Source of the DNA: Lama guanicoe
Taxonomy: Eukaryota
NCBI GenBank assembly: GCA_013239625.1
Contig: MU053472.1
Coordinates: 3,581,410-3,645,409, forward strand
DNA: 64,000 bases
Reading direction: 5' to 3'
In this document: positions 39,497-52,619 of the stretch, piece after piece
How positions within the stretch are numbered: the stretch's first letter is position 1
How the letters are laid out: each line of letters opens with the position of its first letter
Position numbers and translations under genes: made by a program
Notes under the pieces: model-generated
What the model was told of the DNA's origin: nothing
Seen by the model: only the letters and a program-made list of their open reading frames with translations
Databases searched by the model: none

Positions 39497-40589
39497 GGGA
39501 GATAATGTATTTAGACCACAGAGAGCTTTGTAGAAGCACATTCAAGGATAATTAGGGACACAAAACACATAGTGGTCACTGCAAGCTGAGAAGGTCAGAG
39601 AAGGCATCCAGAAGAGATGACATGAACCGAGTCTTTGAATGTGCTGGAGTGATAATCAGACCCATTATGCAGTTGGAGAATCTGCTCCTAGGAGGCGAAA
39701 CGATGGCATGGATGGTGAGGGGTCCCCAGAAAGGTTGGAGGAACACAGAATGGAAAAGTCTTAGATTCAGAAGGGCTCAGATCAGAGACGAGGGCCCTTG
39801 GGTGAAAGGGAGTGGAAATCACCTTCTAGCTTCAAGACATAAGCAACTGCTCTGACACCAAGGAGATGTGTCCCAGACCTGGCCAGATTGCCCCAACACT
39901 GTCCCTTTCTCTGAAGGAATTGAAGTCAGAGCTTTTGGCTATCTCCAAGGAGGTTGTGTTCGAAGTGGTTAGATGAGATGACCCTGATGGTCACGTTGGT
40001 CACCTTAACTATGATGCAGTAAAAAAAAAAAAATGTGTTTGGTTCAGAAAACCATGTGGACGTCCACGTGGCACTGTGCTCTCTGGCACGCTGGAAGACG
40101 TGGGGCAGAAGCACTTTAACCACAGGAAGTGACTGAAAAGTCATACACCATCTTATATAAAGCGTGTTCTTTAGGAGAAGCTGGGACTAACTTTTGCCAC
40201 AAGCGTAGGCTTCCTCTTGAGATTTGGAAGCCAGGCAGATCAGTCATTCAAGACTGAACCTTGAAGGATAGTGTATTTAGTGCTTTCTTAGAGAAATGAC
40301 CTTGATTGGGGCCTCGACCTCTGGAGAAAGGCAGTTTAGCTTCCAGAAAGAACCCGGACTTGATTTAGTGCCAGAGGTACCTAGGTACCTACTCTGTGTG
40401 GTGCCCTCAGCTGTGTGACAGATACTGTAGCCAGCATCCGTAAGAATGGGGGCACAGTCACCCCCTTCTCCTTCAGTTGTTTAGGGGATGAAGGGAGACA
40501 GCGGGTTAAGATGCCTTCACGGAGAAGGCACTCACAGACCACCATGGTTACGTCTGTCGTTACGCGAGATCAGAAGTATACACCAGTTC

Positions 40590-40628
<39 letters not shown>

Positions 40629-41302
40629 TTTCTCCTTCTCCCCCCACGTCTCCTTCAGGCCAAGGCAACGTGGTCTCTCCAAGTAGGCATATTCCTGTAG
40701 CAGGCGAGAGGCAGTCCACACGGACCAGTGTGGAGAACAGCGTTTCCGTAGCCTGCGGAGGGGCGAGGCGACCCCACTTGGACCCAGGTGGCGCCGGGCG
40801 CGGTGGGCGGGGTATTAGGAGTCTTGTGTAGGAGTCCGTTGCGCGCGGCGTGTGATTGGCTGCTAGGAAGCCATATGTTAATGAGGCCTGTTGCTGGTTT
40901 TGCAGTCTTTGTGGAAGATTTACGGGCGAAAGTGGTGCTTGAACTTCGGCATTTCACCTAATACTTATAAGATACAAAGTAAAAAATGTTTCCGAGACGA
41001 CGAGTGACGTGACAGAATGTCGCCATCAGTGTAAAGTGCGCGGCTGCCACGGAGCCGTCAGAGGCTTCGCGGTCAAAGTTAAGACTATACTTTCAGAGAT
41101 CATTTCTATAGTTTGTTACTAGAGAAGTTTCTCTGAACGTGTAGAGCACCCGAAACCACGAGGAGGAGGCGCAGCGTTCTCTCCTGAGCGTGAAGTTGGT
41201 TCTTGGTGTCGCTTGTGTGACCGCCATTTGCCATTGATGATCGTTCTTCTCTTCTTTCGGGGAGAGTAAGAGGGAGAGAACGCCGTCTGAGTGGCTTCGT
41301 TT
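39497..41302 (+). repeat. 1.8-kb duplication, copy 2
   Basis: See copy 1. Confidence 0.95.
41081..41295 (+). ncRNA. SNORD3: U3 snoRNA copy B (G17A in box A)
   Basis: Full-length U3, 3 differences from copy A. Confidence 0.94.
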
Positions 41303-42795
41303 GTACTTGTCTTAACAAAAATAGTGACGTGTTTTGTATCTGTTTCTTTTTCTGCTTACTTCGTTTTGGTTCTGTACCTCTTTGTATACTAGGGAAGAAT
41401 ACTTCTTTGTGTCGTAATCAAGTGCAGTTTAGCTTTTTTATTTTTCGTTTGATCGTATGATGCTTTTTTTACTGCAGTTTTTAAATGGCGTGTGAAAAAT
41501 CTTTGAAACCTGTGTTTCAGGGTTTTTTGTTTGTGTTTTTTAATTTTATAAGAATAAATAGTTGCACCTTTTGAGTTAAACTTTGGCATTTCCTGTGTTT
41601 CATACATCTTGTTAATTAGGTTATTCAATTTTTTAAAATGGAGGTTCTTGGGGTTGAATGCAGGACTTCATGCGTGCTCGGCATACCCTCCACCATTAAA
41701 ATAATATTTTGTATTTAACATAATGTAATATATTGTATTACTTGACTTTGCCAGTTTTGGGTTATGAATATTTCATAGTTCGATAGTATATATTTCTAAA
41801 TGTCTATTTTCTCCATCTCAGGGTTATTTCCAAGATAAAGCAGGGTGGGTGATCCATGTAAAGGATTTAGTAGATGGCTTGGAGCATATTAAAGTACTGT
41901 GGAAATAGTAGCCTTTTAACTTAAAATTTTTTTTAATGAAGAAGAGAAACCGTGTTGAAGTCATGTGTTTTGTTGGTAGAGGTTGGGGTGTGTAACCTTT
42001 CATGCTCACCCAGTATGTTGTTATTTTTTTTAATAATACAAGGTCTAAATAGACTTATTGATATTTAAAATTAAATGTGATACATGTAAAGTTTTTAAAA
42101 ATTTCAGTCCAGAAAGGTACCAAATTACCACTAAAAACAGAATCCCCCTAACTTCCTGCTGGCCAAAAATCCCAAAATCCCAAAATCCCACAAAAGTACA
42201 GTTTTGGTTACTTTATTACTAATTTGTTAAAATATGGAGAGAATTGTTTTTCAAAATAATACTCTCCATTTCCCCATTTAAGATTGGCCCAGGTCCATTA
42301 TTTTGGAAAAAATAATTACCCAGGTGAACCCAATATTCAGTCCACACTCAACGTGACTAAGCAGCAGAGGATCTCAAAGTTAAAAGGGGCAAATCAAAAT
42401 TAAGGATCTTGGAATGTTAAAATTAAAAAATAAAATAATCTCACCCACAGGCGCTGCATGTCGTATTTAAGATTAGAAAACTCATTTGAGGCATCCGAGC
42501 ACACCTTTGTCTTAGAGTAGTCCGGGCAGTGTTGGTTTGGTAGTGTTTTTAGAAACAGAAAGGCAAGCGCTTCTGACTGGCTGTTTGTCCGTAATAGGTT
42601 AATTAAGAACTTGAAGTCTTAGTTTCTTAAAAAGCAAACAAACTCTTGAGTATTCAGAATTTTTTTTAAGTTGTATGTGAAATGGTAGTTTGAAAATAAT
42701 TTATATGAGATTTTGAATGAGAGGAATGTGGAATAATGTCACTGTCAGCAAAAAGTGTGCAGCTGCCACTGACCCAGCAGAGGTTGCAGTCAGTC

Positions 42796-42945
42796 AAGGC
42801 TCTACTTTTAGGGGGTTATTTCTGTAGTTTGTTACTAGAGCAGTTTCTCTGTTGTAGAGCACCTTAAGGCACGAGGACTTATGGCATTCTCGTCTAAGCT
42901 GCTTCTCCTTCTCTTGGAGGAGTGGGAGGGAGGGAACCTGAGTGG
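42796..42945 (+). pseudogene. Degenerate unprocessed U3 pseudogene (copy C) lacking about 65 nt across boxes B-C
   Basis: aaggctctacttttagggggttatttctgtagtttgttactagag...ctgagtgg aligns to U3; decayed PSE near 42738 and decayed upstream box near 42573. Confidence 0.85.
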
Positions 42946-43894
42946 CTTCTGCTTATATTACTGTCACAGACCGTAGATGTTGTGGGTTCTATCCTGACCA
43001 GATTATTGTGTAAACTGTAATTTTTCTATGCAGTGAGGAAGAATTTGTCTGAGGCAATTTGGCATTTGTTTTCTGATTGGGTTTATGGGTGACATGATTT
43101 GAGCTTTTTCACACATCGGTGTTCAGGGCAGCTCAAGGGTATTGAAACAAAATTAGCATCCCTTTCTCCCTCTCCTTTCTGTCAGTCAAGTCACTCTCCC
43201 CACACCTAGGTAGATAGCCCTATCTTTCCTCCATGGTGATTTCTCTCTCAATCTCAGTCCTAGCCAAGGAAATAGAGTGTAGGCCTAGGGCTTATAGGAC
43301 TTCGGCAGAAGGAGGAATGAAAGAAGGCAGAGTTTGGCCAAAGCATTGTGGACAGAAAGCTAAGGGTAGTGGGCAGCTACTGAAGGAGGGTGACTTCATC
43401 AGCTGTGCGTTTTAAGGTCATTCTAAATGCTCTGTGACGATTATGTTTGTGGGCAGGGGTGATGTGGCAACTGTAAGGACCAGTTAGATACTGTATTCAG
43501 CTACCCAGGAGAAGACGATTGTGATGATAGAGAAAGACCAGATCTGAAAGATATTTAAGTGGTAAAATTGATAGGACTTAGGGATTGATTTGTCAATGAA
43601 AATTCAATTAACTATCAAAAAGAAAAAAAGGGAATCTTACTTGAGCCAGACTGAGGATTTAACCCAAGAAGCAGATTCTCATAAAACTGTTAGAAGTTGA
43701 AGGTACAGTCATATACATTTTTGAGACAAAGGATTGTACTTCAAAATGACATACTGATATTTTACATTAAGTTCACCAAAGAACAAGTAGTCCAGGTAAA
43801 AATAAGCTTGTAGAAAGTGAGCAGCAAGTAAGTCACCATGACCCCCTAAAGAGTTGAGAAAGAACGATACTCTTTTAAGAAGTTACATTGCCAG

Positions 43895-44004
43895 GGGGAG
43901 GGTATAGCTCAAGTGGTAGAGCACATGCTTAGCATGCAGGAGGTCCTGGGTTCAATCCCCTAATTACTTCCCCCACAAAAAAAAAAAATTAAAAATTAAA
44001 AAAA
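43895..44004 (+). mobile_element. Vic-1-like SINE inserted in an LTR-like element
   Basis: 18-bp TSD aagaagttacattgccag. Confidence 0.85.
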
Positions 44005-46918
44005 AAGAAGTTACATTGCCAGTATCAGAAGAAAGGAAAAGAAAATTGATCTTTACAGTTGAGCAAACACTCGCATCTTTGAGGTGCTCTGGTTAATATG
44101 TAATGCAGATGCACACTCCATGTTAGGGAGGGAGGAGACCCAAACACAAAGAATTTTATGTTTAATTTTTTTGTTGTTCTGCATTAAAATATACATTTTA
44201 TTTCAACAGATTCAATGTAGGTGTGAGTTAGAGGAACTGTCAAGGATAATTGTCAGGTCTTATGGCTTGAACAAATGATTAGACCATGATACCACATGTT
44301 AAATGGGGAAAGTGGAGGGGAAAATGAATTAGTTAGGGTAATGGAGCGGGAAGTGATGGTAGAGTTCAGTTTAGGGAACATTTAAGGGAGTTTTTTTTTT
44401 TTCAAGCGGGTGAATAGCAAAGGAGTTAGAACTCCCACAGCAAACCAAGAAGGAGCAGCCAGAGAGGTAGGAGGGAAACCACATGAACTTGCTTGATGGA
44501 AGCCAAGTGGGACACAATGAAGTGTGTGGAAAGCAGATGAGAGACTAAGATGAAGATAGAAAAGTATCCATTGGTCCTGTGTGGAAACAGAAACTCGTTA
44601 GGGATGGACTGATCAGTGGAATGATGTGAAGGTTTGCCATTCGGTGGAAAGACTCCCAGAAGAAAAAACTCAGGCTGTGAGGGAGAGTATATGGGGTACG
44701 TGTGCATTCAGCTGGGGGACAGGGGCAAGATGTGGGATGCATTTAGGGTTTAACTAGGATGGGAGAGCAAGTCTGAGTGCAGTTGGAAGGACTGAGGAGA
44801 GTAGGAGAAACTGAGCTACGGGAGAGAGCAGCTCTCAGCTGGCAAGAGGCCTTTGAGTCGGCCAGAGAAGGTGGAAAGTTCAGATGCAGGTGGGTTCGTC
44901 CGTGTAATGAGATCATGTTAAGGGCTTTTCAAGTGATGGCTTCTATTTCTTTGCCAAATATGAGAAGGATCATTGCTGAGGGAGGTTGGTGAGGAGGGAT
45001 AGGAGGCTTGAGAATAAAGAAGGAATGAACTAATCATCCCAGGGAGCAGGTGAGGAAAAGACACCTCCTGAGAGTGTGTGATCCCAGGATCGCAGTTAAT
45101 TTCTGTTTCTTTCACTCTAACCATGTACTATATAGTTCCTCCTTGATTTTCTCCTGCTGTATCTATAGTGGCCAAGCTTTCACTGTAAGCCCTAAATTAG
45201 TTCTTGGTCCTCTTTAAAAGGTTGGGAAGCATGAGAGGAGTACATACTCTGGAATTGACTCCTTGGTCTGTTATTTACTAGCTGTGGGTTCCTGGGAAGT
45301 TCCTTAACCCCAGTCCGTCCCCATGTAAAATAGATGTAGTACTAATAGCATCAAAACACAGGGTTGTTATAAGAGTTAAAATTAGATAAAGCAAGTATAG
45401 TAGTTGAACACTCCCTTACCCCACTGAGAAAAAGCCCCTCCTTTAGATGAGAAATCCATCTCTTGCTAGTCTTCCCTGTACAGCACCATCCATTGAGTTA
45501 TTCCAGGCACAAAACAACATGTCAGCCTTTGAAACAAACCTCTTCCCCTGACACCCCACCCCCTGAGCAAGTCCACCAGTGAGTCCAATCAGCTCAACTT
45601 CCAGAACAGCCCAAGTTTTTCCTCCCTTCTTGCTGTGCTCAAATGCAAGCTGCCATGATCTCTCCTTGCAGCGGTTCAGAACTGGTCTCCAGAGCTTCAA
45701 ACCTCTCAGTGGCTTCCCTTCCCACTTAAAATCCAGACTCCCCAGGCCTTGGCCATGCCTAGAAAATCCTCAGCTATCTGACATCATCTGCCTGCACCTT
45801 CCCTCTCCCTTATACCCTGTGTTCTCTAGCTGTCTTCAAATTGCTTGTTCCCTTCTTTGGGTCTTGGCATTAGTTGTTTTCTCTGCTTAAATGCAACCTT
45901 TAAAGAGAGGACTTCCCTGAGCACTCATATCTAAAGTAGCCACCATGTCCCTCTCTATTTCAGCACTTTAAGTCCTCTACATGCCTCATCATCTGATCCT
46001 CTTGGGTATCTATTGTCATCTACCTCACTAGAATGTAAGCTTTTTGTGAGAGTAGGGACCTTTACTCACCACTGTACCTCTGTTTTCCCAGTACCTAGAA
46101 TAATCTTTAGCACATAAAAAATCGGGATAATCATTAAGGTGACACCCGCTATGCTCTACTATGCTCTACAGACCTCAGGCAAGTTACCTAATCTTTCTGT
46201 GCCTAAATTCCATAAAACTGGGATGATTACAATTGTATTTATCTCATAGAATAGCACTTAGAATGATGACTGGTGCCTGGCAAGTTCACAATAAATAGTA
46301 GCTAGTATAGTTATGGTTGGCACTTAGGTATTTGTTGAGGGAAGAAATGATGCCAAATCCACCTACCTGCTCCAGCTTAAAAATTCAGAAAGGGTGAACA
46401 ACCATATGGTACAAAAACCAAAAGGTTCTGTTTTCCAGTGCTGGTTCTCTGCCACCCAGTCCCCCTTCCTGCCACAGTCCTGGTGACCTCTTACCAGAGT
46501 TTTGAAGTCGAACTTTTAGGACAGCCTTGAATTAGAATGGCTAAGATTTACTGATCATTAGAATCAGCTAGATTCTCACTTAGCAAAGGCAAAGACCCAC
46601 CCTTTCCTTTATAGCTTTCAAGGGGCGAGGTCGCTGTACCAGAACTGTGGAGTGAATGCCTCCCGGGCTTTAAAGACGTAGATTGTCATTGGCTGTCATT
46701 CAGTATTATGTTAATTAAGTGTGACTGCTTTAAAAGTTGTTAAATTACATTTCCAGTTAAAATGTTAAAATGAGTTGGGAATGATAGCATTTGAAAGACT
46801 GTATTTTCAAAAGCTCTTTCTATTTTTTCTAGTAGAACTAGAAGTGGGGAAATTATCTTGCCATCAGTGAAAAGTGCGTGGCTGCCACGGAGCAATCAGA
46901 GGCTTCCAGGCTAAGGTC

Positions 46919-47134
46919 AAAACTATACTTTCAGGGATCATTTCTATAGTTTGTTACTAGAGAAGCTTCTCTGAATGTGTAGAGCACCCATAAACCACGA
47001 GGAGGAGGTGTTGTGTTCTCTCCTGAGCGTGAAGCTGGTTCTTGGTGTTGCTTAGTGTGACTGCCATTTGCCATTGATGATCGTTCTTCTCTTCTTTTGG
47101 GAGAGTAAGAGGGAGAGGACACTATCTGAGTGGT
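46919..47134 (+). ncRNA. SNORD3: Divergent U3 snoRNA copy D (G3A, compensated stem changes)
   Basis: Full length with boxes A, B, C and D; ATTGGCTG 46688, ATGTTAAT 46708, PSE near 46858. Confidence 0.88.
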
Positions 47135-47865
47135 TTTTGGTTTTTACCTAGTTTAAGGGGAGGAAGATCTTTGAAGAGTGATTTTTTTTTCCTGCTAGGG
47201 TTCTTAGTGGTTTTAAGCTAATAATGCACTATGTTTACCTTTGGTATGTGGCTTTTTCAAAGATCTGTGTGTAACTTTTTGACTTTGAGTGTAGGACTTC
47301 TACGGTGTTGCTATCTTAACCCAGGTGTTAGTTTAGGCCTCTGTAAAAAAATTGATGTTTGGGTTTTAAAGTGTCTTACTATAAGCAATAGGGTAGTAAG
47401 AGTTACCCAGAAAATGGGCTTAAAGTAGCTTTAGACATAAATTTTGGTATGTCCTTAGTTAAAATAGTGTATACTTTCCCCCTCAGTGCTGCTTTTCTTG
47501 TTTTAATTATGTTACTTCAGCTAAAGATAATTTTAAGTCAGCTTTTTTAGTCTGTTGCAGTGACATTTTTTTCATTTGCTTAATCTAAACTGTATTGTTA
47601 TTTGAACTTCACCTTAAAGTTATTCCAGAATAATGAGATGCTTTTCCTGACATCAGCTTTAGGAAGTTACTCTGGTTTTGCACTGGAGCCCTTCACGCAT
47701 CGAACTTGTCATTGCACAGTAGGCTAGAAAAATCAGCAAAATCTCCTAATTCTACCAACTATTATGTGATATAGTTCACTTTAGGAAAAAGCAGGCTTCA
47801 TTTCCTGTTGGAGGTGGTAATGCTTTTGAAAACTGCCATTATTACACAGCATATGTTCCACTGAA

Positions 47866-47867
<2 letters not shown>

Positions 47868-47939
<72 letters not shown>

Positions 47940-49895
47940 TTTTTTGACTTTTAATGTTTCACTGTAACTTTGGGAAATTAGTGGTAAAACATGGTTTAAA
48001 AAATATATGTGGCTGCACTTAAATTCACATAAAAATAGCATTTTTATAACCATATAGAAATTTAAACCTTTTACGCAGATTAACAAAATGTACCACAAGA
48101 AAAACTAAATATCAGATTTAACAAAAGCAATGCTTTTGAAAGTGAAATGATGAAAAATTTTGTTCAAATTTTTTACAAAGGTGGCCTCTGAGTCAATTTA
48201 CCACACTAGGGGAACAAAGATATTAAAGTATAGCTGTGCTCAACTGAGCCACTTATTATAGCATAGCACTTGAAATCAATTTGTCAAGATTTAAAACCAT
48301 TTTACGAGACAAGACCCTGAGTGTTTTACAGCAAGAGGTGCTTTTCCTTCCCTAGTCAAAGCTTAATTAAAAGATTGCCTATACAGAGGTTTTGTTTCCT
48401 CATCATATCTTTAGTTCAAAATACTGTTGTCATTGTAACATGGTCTGTATCTTGTCTGATCTGGATGATCTGGTCCAGGAAGTGGGGTTTGAGAAGGTGG
48501 ACCCTGCATTGATGGAGGAGGAGGTGGCCCCCTTGGTGCAGGCCATATACCAGGACTCATTCCTCCTGGTTGTGGAGGGCTCAGAGTTCCTTGATCTTCA
48601 GTGAACTGGGTAGAGAGTTAGGATTATACTGGTGAGAAGGGGGTACAGTTATTCATGGATCACCATGTTGAGGTGGGGGAGGTTCAGGAGGAGGATGATT
48701 CATATAAGGTGGCATCTGGGCAATAATATGCCCAGGGGGAGGGGTTTTTGGTGGCAGAGCAGGGGTCATTGGTGGAGGTGAAGCTTGGCTATAAACCAGG
48801 TGAGGAGTACCTGGAGCCTGGGGAGGATATGGCATTGGATGGCTTATTGGTGATGGAGGAGGTGGGGGCGGTACATAGTGTTGCTGTGGAGGCGTAATAT
48901 GATGAAGGTGTGATACCACTGGTTGACCCCGATACTCAGGATGATGGGGAGCAGGTGCTGGGGCAGGAGGTCATGGTTCTTTAGCACCTGAATTTGAGTC
49001 ATCCTGAATAAGGACAATTATTAAATTGCTGTGTTTTCTTGTTGAAATACGAAAGGTCTCCTGACTGATCAAAGGAGGTGGAGGTGGAGCCATGAACAAT
49101 TCTGCTGGAGGAGCATGAATATCCTCAATGTGGCTGATTATAGTGTTCGTGTGGCACGTGTTGCAAAGGAGGTGGTGGCATCATGAGGTGACGGCATCAT
49201 GATTGGCAGAATACGGTTCATGTGGTGCTTGTCTGGCGGCATTATAAACCGATCCAGGATTTCAGCTGGTGGGGCAATAGGAGGATGAACCTTCTCAAGT
49301 GAAGCACGGGTAGCAGGTTTTCCAGCTCTCATATGGCGGTGGTTGATATGAGCCTGTAAATCTCTCTGAGACAAATACATTCTCTTGCACCCTTGCACAA
49401 TGCTACCCATGAAGAGAGAACCGCGTGTACATTGCTCAGTTCACTGCATGGGATCACTGCAGCCTGGAAACATCTTACCTCTTTCTTTCATGTAAAATAG
49501 CACAGTCATAGCAAGAAAACATGCTTGCATGGAATCATTCGCCCATAGATTTTAATAGGCAATCCACATTTGTCACAGAAATGAACTGGTGTATCATCCT
49601 TTTCACCTAAGATGTTTATCTGAAAGTCCCAAAAAAGGTGTCTAGGAAATTTTTGCTGATTTCCAAATACTTCTCCCTCTTTACAGTTCTTCATTATAAT
49701 TAAATCCTTCTTCATCACCAAGTGGAGCCTTTACAGGCATTCTGTTTATATTCCTTGGAGTTCGAGGTGAAGCTTTGGCTTTGTTCCTTTGTTTGGAGAT
49801 GAGCTTTATTAGGAATTCAGGAACATCGAGACCACACCACTGATCCAGAACTATATTAGTGCCTTGTAACGCATTGTCAGTGTCATCCATGATTC
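47868..49895 (-). pseudogene. CBLL1: CBLL1 (Hakai) processed pseudogene
   Basis: Intronless fragments [67 protein letters not shown] and a Pro-rich tail; ATG 49890, stop near 48430, many frameshifts; 70-nt poly(A). Confidence 0.93.
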
Positions 49896-50203
49896 CCACT
49901 TACTCAGTTCTCATACCAGTTATCCCCTTGTAGTTTCACTTAGTCACTTAACCTGATCCCTGTTCTTAAAATTTTGATTATCACTTTTCTCCTATTCTCA
50001 CTTTTCCACCTGAGTTCATGGCTTTAAGAACCTACTGGAAACCCCTTTTTCCTCAGTAAATGTCTAGAACAGGCTTCCTTGGGTGATCTTTTAAAAGCAT
50101 TTTTTCCCTATTAAGAATGTTTTTATTACAAAAAATAGATTTTAACCAGTGGAATCAAAGATATGTATTTTCTAAAGTTGCTTTGATGAACGTGGTATCA
50201 TAC

Positions 50204-50747
50204 TGAGGCAGATAACCCCATAAAAAGACCCGCAGGACTCCCAGGAAAGGCCACAACTCTCCTGCCAGGACCATCCAGTTCCCTGGCCCAGAGGCTCTAT
50301 CTCACTTTTTGCATCTGAAACAGCTTACTTACCCCTGAAATTCTATTGGTTCCCTGAGCTCACTCCTGATTGGTTATTTCCTTCACTCCTGATTGGTTCA
50401 TTTCCCTAACTTCTGATTAGTCCATTTGTAGTACTTCATTTGCATTGAGCTCATTCCTGATTGGTTATTTCTCTCCCTCCTTATCTCCTGATTGGTCCAT
50501 TTCTACAAAGCTTGTTCCTAATTAGTCAACTTTTGTTATACCTCGTTTGCAAATGATGTTCCAAAGTGTGAACTGGCAGCCTACAAAAGCGGGTGTAAAG
50601 CTACAGCTGGTGTTTAGAGCTTGGAGTGTTAACTCTTCTGGACCTGCTGGTGTAATAAAGCTTCTGAGTTCTCCAGCTCTTGGGTTGGTCTCTCACCAGG
50701 ATCCAGGTTGCTGTCACAGCTAAGCTGTAACACATTTTCCTGCAGCA
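50204..50747 (+). mobile_element. Solo LTR with repeated inverted CCAAT boxes
   Basis: TG...CA, several cctgattggt copies, AATAAA 50654. Confidence 0.65.
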
Positions 50748-52359
50748 GTACTATATAGATCTTGCTGCTTGCTTTTCTCGTTTTTTTTTTGAAATTCACA
50801 TGTTTCAAGAAACATGAACAGACAAGGAAGCCATTAGAAATCAGTCTGTGCCATATCAGCAGAGATTTAGAGGCCTCTATGCTGTTTTTTCTTCTTAATG
50901 CTTAAACAAAATAGTGGATAATTTGATACTATAAGTTTATAATTATTCATTCGGTTGTTCATTCAACAAATATGGTGCAGAGGGAATCTATACAGGAGCA
51001 AAGGAGCATACAAATAGCAAGCAGTTTAGTGTGTGTGTGCCTTAAGTGTGTGGTATGTATGTGAGGCTTTAGGAAGTAAAGACTGGAAGGCAGATTGGAT
51101 CAGACTATACGGTGCCATAAATCCCATGTGAAAGAGTTTCTACTACATATAGCAAAACATGGGGCACCACTGAATGTTGCATTAGTTGAAACCCATATCA
51201 CTTGGGCAAAACGGATTATTTTTTAAACTTAAATCCTTCTACTGGTTATAAGAATGTTGGGGTTTTAATTTTTAATATTTATAAAGTAGTTATTTGCTAA
51301 ACTCTGTTAGATACTTCAATTCCATCATTTTAGCTACACCACTCATTGATTGAACTCTCTAATGTTGCCTGCCTGCTTGGATTCTTGCTTTTCCCATTTA
51401 ACAGTATATCCTGTCTATCTGTAACCCAATTGATACAGATCTAATTCATTTTAATAACTTTATTATTTTATTATCTGTATGTACCATAATTTATTCAGCT
51501 GTGCTCCTACTGATGGATATTAGTATTTTCTTTTTTGAAGTTTGTATCACCAGAAACAAAGCTTTGATAAAATACTTTGTAATGTATGTTTACATAATGT
51601 TTTTAATATTCAAAGTGGGATTTCTGGGTCAAATTTTTAAGATACTGCCATCTTGCTTTCCAAAAGCATTATACCCAGTCACACTCCCAACTCTATTTAT
51701 AGGGAAGTGTCTGTTTTCCAACATCTGAATTTTTTTTCTCGTTTTTCAGTTTTTTTCAAGGATGAACGAAAAGTTTCTCTTTTCCACTATTTCAGTTCAT
51801 GTTGTATTGGTTTATTGAATACTCCAGACTAGGGTGAAATAGTCATCCTTTCTAAACTTCCTGGCAGAGAGAACAGCTTGTGTGAAGGAACATGATGAGT
51901 ATGGGGAACTGTTAAGTGGTTCAGGATGGCTGGAGTGAGGGGGAATGTGGCTGGAAAGGTGGGCGAGGGCCAGACCATGCTGGACCTTGTAAATGAGAGT
52001 TCTGTCTTTAGTCCAAGAGCTGGAAAGCTGCTAAAGCTTTACGCAGGGGAATGATGTCCTGCTTATTTACACACTTTTTTTCCTCACAAGTTTCACGTAA
52101 ATAAAAAATTAGTTTTGAGAAAACAAATCCCAAACAATATTTACATGTTTGGTATTCTGGTCATAGTATAAAGGGCGCGCTTTGCAAATGTCATCGTTTT
52201 TGGCTTTTGGGTCATTGCTCTCACTTTCCACTTTTGTCTTCGTTTTTCTCGGCCTCACGCCAACCGCCAGTCGAAGTGGGGACGCGTCCTGACGCTGCGG
52301 CGCACTTTGCAGTCGTCAGCGTTTCACGTAAACCTGACGCTGCGGAACTGCTGCGCGAA

Positions 52360-52619
52360 GCGGGGCGGGGTTGGAGTTATGTGGCGTGTGATTGTGATTG
52401 GCTGTTTAATAACCGTATGTTAATTAATGTGATAATTTGAAGTGTCTTCTGAAACCTTAAGAATATTCAAACGCTTTGTTGAGCTTCGGTAATGGAAAAG
52501 TTCTTTATAAAACACATGCCAGTTTACATTGCGAAAGGATAATGCTGTAAGAAATACTCACCATCACTAAAATATGTGTGGGCTCCGTACACCAAGGACA
52601 AAGCAGACAGTATGTGGTT
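52360..52619 (+). promoter_or_regulatory. U3 copy E promoter (GGGGCGGGG, GATTGGCTG 52396, ATGTTAAT 52417, PSE TCACCATCAC 52558)
   Basis: Motifs at expected spacing; CpG-rich 52170-52400. Confidence 0.85.

Noticed and set aside
47781..48098. Poly-lysine ORF
   Set aside because: Translation of the poly(A) run of the CBLL1 retrocopy
48430..49890. Functional CBLL1-like retrogene
   Set aside because: Multiple frameshifts split the RING/HYB region
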